The notes beneath the pieces were generated by a model. That model did not search any database and was not told the DNA's origin. It was given only the letters and a program-made list of their open reading frames with translations. A program made the translations under genes and the position numbers. This document shows, piece after piece, positions 40,983 to 52,479 of a DNA stretch of 64,000 nt (within the stretch, counting starts at the first letter, position 1; each line of letters begins with the position of its first letter). The stretch comes from Catajapyx aquilonaris (Eukaryota): positions 1 through 64,000 of the forward strand of contig JYFJ02000185.1 in assembly GCA_000934665.2 (NCBI GenBank). Direction: 5' to 3'.

Positions 40983-43900
40983 CCAGGCGCAGCAAAATAT
41001 GGAGCAGACAACTTGATGCTCATTAGACCGGCTTACCTGGCATGTCGCACAGAGAGCTTGACAACACAGGTCCTAGTCCCAGCCAATGAATTGATGTCGC
41101 CTGCTGTCTCTCTGCCCAAAGGCGAAAAGGCACTGATGCTGGCTCAACATATACACACAGTTGCTGTGCTCTCCTTGCTTTAGACACCAATTCCAAACCG
41201 TATAGGAACTGGAAACTGCTGATCCTAATTAGTACACAGGCATTTGCATTCAGAGGATTAAAGGTCTACTGATGGATTCAGTTTACTTTGTAGACAATGT
41301 GCTGAAGGTAAATAAATAAATTTCCGTTCAAATCAGAGCCTGGAAAGATAATTCCATCCACTGTTCATGAACCACACAGAGATAATGAATATAGGAAAAG
41401 TCATTTCTGTTAACTGTGTGGATTAACTGACTTTTTTCCCCTCTCACTGCAGTAGCAGCCAGCAAAAAAACCCCTGGAACAGATTCCTCACAAAGTAACA
41501 CTCTGTAATGCTCGTTGCCAGCATTAATTTGGGATGAAAGTCGGCGCGAGATGATTGCACGAGCGCGAGTTAAACTCCTGCAGGTGTCGGCGGCCTGTAA
41601 AATGAGATTGAACCACGTGACTGCCTGCCACCGACTATTTTCTTTGGCTCCCACAGCTATAGAACCAAAAGCCTATGGTTTGGTGCGTGTGGCTATGCTG
41701 GAGGGTATAGAGGAAGGGGGAGGGGGGGGGGGTCCCCAGCTGCGATATTGAGAATCTCATTGCAGTAAATCGAGAGGGTCCGACTCTGATGTTCCCGTCC
41801 TTCCAATAAAACGATGTTGGTCCGCCGGATAAACTGATTTCCGGGGAAGCTCCCCGGAAAATTCTTATGGACTGAAACCACCCCTGGCGACCTGTAATGT
41901 GATGACCAGCCGTACGGATCTGGGCCTAAGCTCACATTCGACACGTTTGTTTTATGGGATAGTTTCCCCCCCTCCTCTTCTCTCCGGGTCCTTTTTTTGT
42001 TCCGGAAGAGACGAAGGGGGTGGGGATGGTATTGCCGTTACAAATTGGCAGCCGCTGCCTTGAAATCGATATTGGTTCCGAGTCCGGGAGGCTGCAATAC
42101 GGTAATTGCAGTTCTTGCCTGTATCGATAACTGTGGCCGTATGGGGGAGGTTTCAAGTTCTCATAACCATCCGGGGCGATTGTTCTCGTCTGTCAAGGGG
42201 GATGGAGAGGGGCATGTGTGACCTCCATTTCGTCTGTCACTTATCGACATGACCTGGGTTCGAGAGCGGTGTTGTATGGACCGGTGTTTGATATCTGAAG
42301 GTATACTCTCATGTTATTTTTTATCTGCAAAATGGAATACATGATGCCTAACTGTTCACGTTACAAGCATATAGGAAGTATCCTGTTCACATTAGTGAGC
42401 ATATATGAAGGTTTTTCACCCATGACGTTGCACATGAGAGAGGTACAGGCATGGTGACATACAATAAATTACTGATTGACAATAATTACCGTACGTAGGA
42501 AAAAGTGCTAACTCAAGCTGCAGGTGCCTTAACTGTACGAAAAATTGTATTAGCTCGTGGTTCAAACACATATTTTTCAATCAACTTTAGAGATCCTATA
42601 TTGTCCATAATTTACCACTGGAACGCTCTGAAATGTAATTTGCGGAATCATTATAATGTCACGTACACTGGAAACATTTGCATAGTAAGTTTACATACTG
42701 GGCAGCAGGGGCCTGTATATAGCATACATAATACATGAATATCCCGCGCACAATCAATATTCTGAAGTTCACATTACGGTTGTAGGAAGCCTGTACTGCA
42801 CCTCTGTCATATGTCACGGCCATATCATTTTACAGTGTTCGTAATTACGGTATCTGCCAAATACTGTACGACACCGGAATAATAATAGTGGCAGAAAAAT
42901 TATTTATAGAAGGACACGACATGTCACAATTAATTTGGACTTATTTTGGGAAAATCCATATCCCACCATTCATTTGGAGTGACTTCGGAAAAAGTCATGT
43001 CACCACTCATGAACTTAATCTGGGAAAAATTAATTTCTCCGAAGCAATTGCGCAGCATAAGTTTTGTCTGAAAGTTATTTGCAGAATTTTTTCTGAATTT
43101 TAGTAGCTCTGAAAATTATCCCAATTTGCAAATACTTTAACAATTTCAAGCATTTTACTAACCAGTTGCATAACATCAAGACTCCAGTGAAATATTTAAA
43201 ATATTTTATAGAAGACACATTCTGAAGCATTTGACTTCAGTGATAGCTGCAACAACTATACGCATGACAAAATTGGGTGGGTGGGGCAGGGGGTGAAGCC
43301 CTTTTCGGAGCAGAGAACCCAACTCAATCGCATTACAGCTCTCTGAGTACAAGGCCCGGTCCACAAAGAATGCGTGCTCTCAGTAGCAGAAGGGGCCGAA
43401 AATTGCCAGCACAGACCATCGGAAGCCGACAAAAGGCATCAGGGGACACGCTCGACGTTGGATTCGTGGCCACGCATCGCAAGTGCGATTCCCAAAAAGG
43501 GCTTCTGACGCTTTGAGGGATTGGCATGACTGACTCTACTGCCCACCCCCACCCAACCCCAACCCTCTCCGTGCAATCTCATTACCTCACATGTCACACC
43601 TCCACTTTTTCACCCCAGGCTATCCTCCCCCACCACTCACTCAACACCAAAGAATTCCACGGCATGCCTTCTCTCTTCTGCCAAAAAAAATGTATTTTTT
43701 TCCATCGTTGGCGAATATAGTTCCCTCTGAAAAGAAGTATGCCGTATCTTCACCTCCATTTGGACGTCACGGGTTTGCCGAAAGAGCCCCTCCCGGTTGG
43801 ACCTTTTCTCCTCCATTTATGAACCTGCAGAAACGGCCAGACCAGCTGTCGAATCCGGACCCAACATGTCCGGACATCAGCCAGCAACTGTTTCAAAACA

Positions 43901-44622
43901 CAATAAAATGGCGGAAATTCCCGGCCATGAGTAGCCCAAATTACTTTTTCAGTGTTATAATTGAAATGTTTGCGTCGGCTTTTACTACCTATTTCAATCC
44001 TGGAAATAGAATGATTGCCGTTGACCAGTCGGTCGGATTTCTAGCTGACTGGATAGAAAATCTTTCTCTCTCTCTCTCTCTACTAGAATTTGGCTCCCAT
44101 CCGCCCACCTTTTTTCCATACTTTTTTTAAAAGGATGGGGTTAGAGACTTTTTTGGGGGGAGGGTGGTGTGGTAGGGTGAGGTCCTTCCGCTCCTTTTTC
44201 CGGCACACATTGTGCTTCTCCGACCCTATAAACTTTCCAGGCTGGGGAGGCCCAAAGCAGACCCGTGGGAGATACGATAGTAGCACCTCCTGCCTTCACG
44301 ATCCAATAAAAGTTGAAGAACGAGGAGCTACCGACTTCCAGCCAATCTGTTTCGCTAGCTGTAGCCGAGGTGACTTTGCAGACTTTGGTGGGGAGGGGTA
44401 TTGGAGGGAGACCCGAATCTAGCCACTGAATAAGGCCACCGCAAAAAGTAAGAGGTGGGCATGAGGGAGAGTGTGAATATATACTGCATCTAAAGAAGAA
44501 TAGGCCAGAACGGACCAGAATTAAATAACCAAACGCTTAATCTGCGATATCTAATATATTTTCTCCTAATAGGCTTATTCTCTCTGTCGGATGCTTGTCC
44601 AACCTGATAGTATTGCAATCGA

Positions 44623-44901
44623 CCTGAAGGTGGCAGGAGTGTGCAGAGGGAGTATGCGCCATCTATGCGTGAAGTATACTGTATGGTAAATGGGCGGGCC
44701 ATCTCATAAAGTTGTTTGATTGATTGTCACTTCATACTGATTATATTATAGTTTAGGCAAATTTTGGCAACGGGTTTACTATATAGTACGGTATAATTGG
44801 CTTGAGTCCGCGGTGAGTCATCAGCAGTATGCAGAGAGACAGGATGTGCCATCTATGTGCGACAGATGCTACCACACTCGATATCCGTGGCAGTGTTGCC
44901 A
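44623..44901. promoter_or_regulatory. Candidate insulator-like motif cluster (CTCF-like cores plus TGGCAACR motifs)
   Basis: GCGCCATCTA (44656-44665) and GTGCCATCTA (44846-44855) read TAGATGGCRC on the minus strand. Also CCTGAAGGTGGCAG (44623-44636), TGGCAACG (44765-44772) and CAGTGTTGCCA (44891-44901). Motif resemblance only. Confidence 0.35.
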
Positions 44902-45881
44902 GTTTTACATAATAATTCAACAAAAAAGCTGATCAGTCTGTATCGTATCCTCTCACTGTAACATTTTCCATTAGCGTTATAAAGGGCTCTCGGGCTCTTT
45001 TTTTTTGTTGTTCAGACCTCTTGTGAGCCAGATACGCACTCGCAGACCATTTGGAGGACCGGAAGCAAGAAATGCATTATCCCAGCTTGGTCTGCAGCAT
45101 TCAATCCCGGCCTCTCAGAAAGGGCTCCTTGGATATCTAGGAGCTCAGAAAAATCACTTCCGGGTCAACAGCCGTCGAATAACTCACTTTTAACCGTGTC
45201 CCTGACCGCATGGACGCATCTTGGAAAACAGAAACAACAGCTCGTTGCATTTAAAATATTGTCTCTTGAGTACAGAATCACTTAACGCCCATTAAATTGT
45301 AATAGTGCACAAAATTGTGCGTGCTTACTATTCGTACATGGAACATCCGTGAGGTCCAATCTAGGTCACATTATAGGCCCATTTAGCCCACTTTGTCCTT
45401 TTTTCGGTGTCCATCAGGCCATATCACATATGGCAGAATGACATCAAAGGCCGCATATCAAATCGTAATTGGCAGCAGCTTTAAAGGGAGGGACGGGAGA
45501 ATACAGTTATATTCACTGTGTTATTATGCAGCAAACATGAGTAATAAAAGTTTATTCAAATGTTCGCAACGTAATTCAGCTTTAGGCATAATAATGTTCA
45601 TGTTACTAAACAAGTGTATCCATGAGAAGGTACTAATGAAAGCGACATGGCACAGACCTGTTTTCTCAACTGCAGTCATTTTCTACAATGAAAGCTACAT
45701 GTCACTCGTAAAATACACTTAATACTCGTATTTTCCCCCCGCATAGCTGAGCTACACAAAACCACATCTGTGCCCATTAGTAATATTACAGCACAAGTCT
45801 TTGCCATCATTACTGCTGGTACAGTAGTCAGTAATCTCCACGACTTGCAACCCTCCTGAGTAATGACACTGTAACAAGTAC

Positions 45882-45967
45882 TAGTTACACAACATTCATA
45901 ATAATACACATAATAAGGAGAACTGCATTGACGGAATGAGTGATGCTGTACCCAGCCATGGGGTAGA

Positions 45968-46022
<55 letters not shown>

Positions 46023-46038
46023 AATACTTAGTTACACA
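45882..46038 (+). mobile_element. 5'-truncated retroposon (LINE/SINE 3' end) with (TAAA)14 tail and probable TSD
   Basis: (TAAA)14 at 45968-46023 is preceded by a small hairpin TACCC-AGCCATG-GGGTA. TAGTTACACA flanks the unit directly at 45882-45891 and 46029-46038. Confidence 0.6.
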
Positions 46039-47651
46039 TTTTAAATAATTGTGCTGTTAGTGCACACATTTGTACCGATTGTTCTTTACACTCGACAACA
46101 GTGCAGCCTTTATTATTTTATAGGCTATTGCCAAAAAACATGGTTTTACTGGTCTTTGCTTATTCTTACCAAAAGAATAAGGCGATGTGTTTGACACTGT
46201 ACCCGCAATTTTTACGCTGGTTATGCTAAATCTGCATACATTCCCCTGGTTTTGTGGCATTATGAATATGCAATGAAGCGCAGATGAAATTTGGTAAAGC
46301 GATATTCCGGCCTCATAACCATCCCAACACCCTTCTCCCTGAGGAGCATGTACCATGAATCCCAGGCTTCCAAATCCTCGGCCTAGGACCCACGTGGAAT
46401 AAGAATGCTCGCAGAGTGGGCTGGGTGCGCACATCGCCAGTTCACAAAAGAGGGAAAGTAAAATATTCTACTTGAAATCTTTCAAACGAATAAACCTAAC
46501 GCTGTTAATTTGACGAATTGGCACTAAAATAATGGGGTGAATAATTATTATAAATGTTTTTATATGCCTGGTGTTGGTGATGATTTATTAATTACTAATG
46601 AACTTTGTATTAAATTTTGTGATTGTTTAAATGGATGTTGACGTTTGGTGGTGTGGGTTAGTGGTGCTGATACAGTGTTGTGGTGCTGGTTTTGTGATCT
46701 GGACAGTTTTGTGTTGGGATATTGTCAGTTATTTGGTGAATTTGATGAATGTGCTGTGTATTTTTTTGCCCAAAATGACTGTTGATGGTGTACAGTTAGT
46801 TGTTAGCTGACCATGTATGGGCTGCAGAAGGCCAAGGAAAAATAACGTTTAAAAGTGAGTAATAACCTGTTGATAATGATCTCATAAAACGCTGCACAGA
46901 AAATGACTGGAAGGCAACATAAAACGAGGAAATTTGTGACAGGCCACGTAGTACCAAAGCCAATCATGTTTGAAGGTCGCTCATGCGTGTTTCATTAATA
47001 TTGTTATTGTTTGGCAACCTACTAATTGCTAACTATAGCTGCAATAAAATTATTAATAACCAACTGATATAATAATAACAACAAATTATTATGTATCGAA
47101 ACCATTTTTAATAATTAAATTAAACAATTAAAATGATACGGTATTTGATCCAATCCTCCATGAGTTCACACTCACAGTCAGACTATCAACAAAATAATAG
47201 TCTACATGTTTGGAGTGTTTCGCAGCATAATTGAGGCAAGTTGCTCCTATTATTTCGAACCACCCTGTATATATGAAGCACAAAAAAAACCTCTGGCTAA
47301 AAACCTGCTATGCGACACCTCTGACGCTAAGGAGGGGGAAAAAAGTGTGGTGCGCACCTCGTTTCTACTGCCGTCCCCAAAGTAATGATAGAAACAGCAT
47401 CAGGCCTCCGGGGAGCATTAGCCAGGTCCCTGCGTATCTTTTCGCCTTGCTTTTTCGGGAGAGGGTGGCATAGGTCCTCCTTAGTTGGGGGAGGTGAATT
47501 TTGGGGAGGTGGTGCTGGAAGTGGTTTTAGGGGGAGGTGCAGCAAACGAGATCCCCTCGCAGCCGTAAGAGCGAGTAAGTTCTCCTCGCCACGAGTGACG
47601 ACGTGGAGTCGTCGACTTACTTCGTTCCCAACAAGCTTCAAGTTGGGTGAG

Positions 47652-47654
<3 letters not shown>

Positions 47655-47685
<31 letters not shown>
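47655..47685. repeat. (TC)15 microsatellite
   Basis: Read directly; the longest of many GA/TC tracts in the window. Confidence 0.95.
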
Positions 47686-47688
<3 letters not shown>

Positions 47689-48148
47689 CAAAAGGAAGAC
47701 CTCCCTTTTCCTTACCCCTCCTCCTTTTACCCACCCACTCCCTGCAGCCTATCATTGGAGCGGCTCTAATGAAACGAAATGCAGTCCTAACTTTGGTCCA
47801 CGCTTCACTTCACCCATCCGTTCCATTAGGAATGGATGAGCAGACTCTGGCAGGGCCTATCTTACTTCATATTACATTCCTTAAGATGAAGCATAACGAG
47901 CTAGTCAAGACCATGTCTCGTTGTCGTCAATATGAGCTGGCGTCATCGTTGACTCGTTGGGGGGATGGGGCCTCGTTTGTAGGAATTTGCCTTTGATGTA
48001 GGGGACTTTAGATGCACCTGTTGTACGTTCTAGCAGTGTCTTTTAGCCAATGTGTCGTATTAGAAAAAAATTGATGTTGAGTGGAGGACTAATCAGGTCG
48101 CGTATTGCGGATGGGTAAATAAAATGCTATATTACAGGCTGCTGTCAG

Positions 48149-48294
48149 TTTATTAGTGGGAGCTTGGAACAATTTTGAACTATTTTGAATTTCTACTTTT
48201 CGTTTTCATCAACCGGCGTTAGTTTAATTTTGTACCGCACAGAATTAAAACTGCTCAAAAATGTGCGATAATTAAACCAACCAAAACTAATAAA
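48149..48294. repeat. Heavily decayed inverted repeat (probable old MITE)
   Basis: TTTATTAGT (48149-48157) pairs with ACTAATAAA (48286-48294). 48169-48191 matches the reverse complement of 48243-48264 at about 18/23 positions. CTGCAGTA lies just outside the right arm. Confidence 0.4.
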
Positions 48295-51200
48295 TGCACT
48301 GCAGTAATTTAGAGTAGGTTTATCTATTTTACTGAAGCATGATGCTGTGTTGGTCTGGACTTCTTTTCTATATTTAATTAATTTCCGACGAAATAGTTGC
48401 TTTTTTCGAGACGTGGCGTCGCGTCGTTTGAAGAAGCCAATATTGTGTCGTCAATTAATTTTGTTTATTTTAACCTACATTAAATGGAATTACCGGCAAT
48501 GCGGCTAGAGCGTAAATGAAATTCCCATTACGTAGGTGACGAACAAAGGGATTTAATAATGTTCTGTCACCAGAAATATGGTGCGGAACACTACTCGTTC
48601 AGATCATTGTTAAAATGCAAATTATTTTGTTGCACTAGCCACTAATGCCCTACGTGCAGATAGTAACACGACGCTTTCAATTATCTATACTTCTACAGTA
48701 CTTGACAAGGTATCATTAGTGCTGTGGGATTCCAATTTTGCACGCTGTTGCTGTCGCAGAAACCTTAAGAAACTAACTTTGTAAAGTCGTTAAGACTGTT
48801 GTGATGTACAGAGCTGTGAAATTTTGTATTTTGAACACTGCCATCAAAATAATTACTATGCCTTAGGAAATATTTTCGCCTTGACATAAAAGCAACGGTA
48901 TATTTTTTATTCTCTCTCGCAGTACTCAGAAGAAAGCCATTATTTCCAGACCCATCAACTATATACGAAACAATATTAATCCCTTAGTGATGTGCGAAAT
49001 ACTGTACATGCACGCCAGTATGTACCTTATACAGAGCAAGCTGCGGTTTATTCATCCACCGCGAAAGTCTGTCTGGGGCACGGCTTTGTGGTAAATGTAA
49101 CAGTATATGGATTCCAGCCTGCACTGTACTGGCTTTTCGTATAATTAACATTTAATTGCGATACTCGCCAAGTTCTGCTTTACAACTCAGTTCCATAGGC
49201 TCATTTATTATGAGTGACATATATTGTGCGGTCAGCTCTCGTTCAAACTGCGGAGCCATATACTGTATTAGTATAATAGTGTATGAACCTTTTGAATTTA
49301 TTGTGATACGAAGAGACAGCCTGCAATATTTTTCATTTCCTTCTGTGAATAATTTAAAAAAAAATACTGCTTCCCTCTTGAATTATCCTGGCAATCTCTG
49401 ACACTGCAATGCAAGGGTAACTTTATGAACATAATCCTAATAATCGCGTGTAGCCTTTCCTGACCAGAAAAGTTTCCCCTTCATCTTCCGGGATCTCTCC
49501 CACTCCCTTCCAAACCATTCCTTCTCTCTCTCCCCTCCCCCTTCCCCTCCTCCTAATCTCCCACAAAAATCCCTCCGACTCTTTAGCTCCCCAAAGTGTT
49601 GACAAACGCGATCTGGAGTGGAGAGATTCACACGCCAGATTAACCACGAACAAAAAATCGGCCCCCTGGATTCCCCCCCCCCCCTCCGGTTCCTTTACTC
49701 CCGGATTCCGACATTAAACCGCTGAGAACGGCATCCACGAAACTTTCGACATGGAAACTTCAAATGTACAGGAGGGGAAGGGAGGGAGAAGCTTACAATC
49801 GACACTGAAATAACAAGAGTACCTGCTGCAAGTAAGTAAGGCGTGCTGCTTGCTGCGCTAATGGGGGTGAACCAACTTGCTCGGTTCGATATCTCTGGGT
49901 ATACATATATACACTACGTTCAAAATATTACACTATACGGGATTTACCCCTGTAAGTTCAGATCGGAAAACTTCTTGGGTAAAAATTCTGATGATTTAGA
50001 ATGTTCAGCTTGTTTGACACTTTCTGTCTGCCATCCTCTCAATTAATTTTAACTTAGACGAATGAAAAATATTGCTCATTTTCCATTTAAAGCAGATGTA
50101 CAGAATATCCGCTTCATTTTCCACTTAAAGTAATCAACATTTTCTGTACAAAATTTGCTTCACACGTAAATTATTATAAGCTGCTCTTGAGTATTTTGCA
50201 AAATTAGTGGGTGGAAAAACTTACGTGCCACATAGAAACGTCGGAATTTTCACTGAAAAAATGAATTGTTCTTATTATTTCTTCCAGCACTTTCTGATGG
50301 TTGTATCAATCGATGTATTTATACCAAATGTAATCTGCGTTTTCTTCATAATGCAGTAATTATGAAGGTCCGGTTATAACTGAAATAATTTCAGTTATAC
50401 ATCGGACAATGTTGAAAAGTGTGCATGTTGAGCAAGTTATCAATATAATATTTCTGGGCAAATTGAGGCTAGCAACTTCTGTCGATGAACGAGTTCTTTC
50501 TGTGTGTGTCTCTCTCTTTTCTGACGGCCACTTCCAGGTTAGGCTTACCTTAATTGGTTCTTGTGCACTCATCAGCTGCACCGCTTCATATTTAGGAGTG
50601 CGACGAAACGTAATGGGCCCTTTGGGAGGTCGATATAGGAGGGAAAAGCTAAAGCCGCAGACTCTAATCAGTGGCCGCACAATTTTCAGCTCCAAGTCCC
50701 CGCATTGCGACTTCCTAAAATATGCGAAAGAAATCATAACATCAGCCTCGTAATTTCTCCTTTTACGTTTCCAGGTGTAAATGTTAAGTGGGCGTAAATT
50801 TACGATGGCCAGACGAACACGAAAACCCGGCCGGGCGCCTGAGGCATCATCTCTCTCTCTCTGCTAGCTGGGCTGGTGGTGGGGGATATATGGACGCATA
50901 ATCGCTGCTTAAACAGAAAAGCGGCTGAAAAGAGATTACGGCTCCTATTGTGCATTAAATTGGCCGCGTGCGCATGGCTGGGATCGCCAGAAAGTCGCCT
51001 TACTTAATGCTCAGTTATAAACCATTATTATTGCCACGGACATGACGGCTGAAGAATTGAAAGATAAAAAAAGTTGATCCCATTAATCCGCTGTAATTAA
51101 GCAGCATTTACGAATTTGGCTTGGCAGTAAATATTTCCAGCTCCTATCGATTACTGCACTAAATTATGCAATTAACCGGATTCTATTGTTACTGAAGATA

Positions 51201-52211
51201 TATTTAATTACTGTTAATAAATTCATCAGTAACTGGTCTTGACTATAGGCCATCATCAAAACCATAGGCTATCAGCTTCAGTATGAATCTTTCATAAAAC
51301 AGGAATTTCAGATTTATTGAGTCTTTTCACGGGCTAGATGACCTTACCCAATGGGAGATGGACCCGATATAGTGGAAATATGAATTCAACCAGGAATTAT
51401 TAAATTTTTGACACAATGAGATGGTTTTGATAATGACCTACTCAGATAATAATAATTCAACTGGTCGTCGTTCGTCCTTAACACTGGCTACTTCCGTGTA
51501 AACATGTTATTCCGGCATCTGGAATTTGTGTAATGAATCCATGGCATGCATCGCAGTGTTGCTTCTACTCCCCCATCACCCCCCTTGGCCCCCTCCATTT
51601 ATTTCAATGTTCTTGCTTCTGAGCACGTGACTGCGCCAGAGTTCCAGCTAGTTCCCCGTGAAATAGGTTATCTGTGATTTGATCCGTGGCTCGCGACAAA
51701 TCCCAACACTGAGGAAGCCGGAGATAATTCCCTCCTAATTATATCTGAGTAGAATCCATGGCTGGTTGCGTGCTGGGAATATCCTTCTGGCCTCGGGAAG
51801 CGTCCCCTCCCCAGCAGTAACTACATCCACCACCCCGAAGAGGTCGTCTGGTCCTCTCGTTCATCGCGACGCCATTTGCATTGCCACCGGGCCTTATCTG
51901 GAGAGGCCGAGAGCCTCGATAATCTGGATCAAAACCTAGGAACTTATTGGAGAGTCGGGACCTTTCCCAACGCCGCGATCTGCATTCATTTCCTCCTCTC
52001 TACTGTATATATAGCCAGGCTATCCAGCTCCTCTTTTTCTACCACTAGCACTAGCAGCACCCATTCCTTCCGACTATACGCACGTTAATGCGAGTTTAAC
52101 TCGGATAAAAAGCCCTGGACGGTTTGGTCAAAAAAAAATTGATTTAGCTACTTTTTACTTCTGAAAATCTATGCCACATGGAAATATTATGCTTAGATTA
52201 TTTACTGTCCA

Positions 52212-52479
52212 CTAGCAGGGGACCCGTTCTTCGCACGGGGATTGATAAATGAAACAAGATTTTAAAACCTGAAATCTGTACCACAGATAAGCCAAACATC
52301 ATTAAAAACAAAAAAAATCATTAATTAATTGTGGGGACTCTAAAAGTGCAGTTTTGGGAGGCACGTAACGTAAGACATCGGTGTACCAAGTGTCAGAACT
52401 CTCAGTAGTCCGGAAGTGGGTTAGGGAGCCCGGACATACATGTGGACAAACTTTCTTCTTTAGATAATAGTTATAGAGA
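52212..52479 (-). mobile_element. Non-autonomous Helitron (~268 bp)
   Basis: On the minus strand the element starts TC (52479-52478) after an A and ends CTAG (52215-52212) before a T, with no TSD. A GC-rich hairpin (plus-strand CCCGT 52223-52227 / ACGGG 52235-52239) lies 11 nt from the 3' end. The body (TGTACCAAGTGTCAG...CGGAAGTGGGTTAG...GGACATACA...CTTTCTTCTTTAGAT) resembles, from memory, short arthropod Lep1-type Helitrons. Confidence 0.8.

Noticed and set aside
41032..41042. CTTACCTGGCA resembling the U1 snRNA 5' end
   Set aside because: The downstream sequence does not follow U1; this is just an antisense splice-donor-like word.
40959..41183. Open frame beginning QQQQHHHHP, suggestive of a transcription-factor exon
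   Set aside because: It is explained by the (CAG)4(CAT)4 microsatellite. There is no polypyrimidine tract before the AG, no good donor and no recognisable domain.
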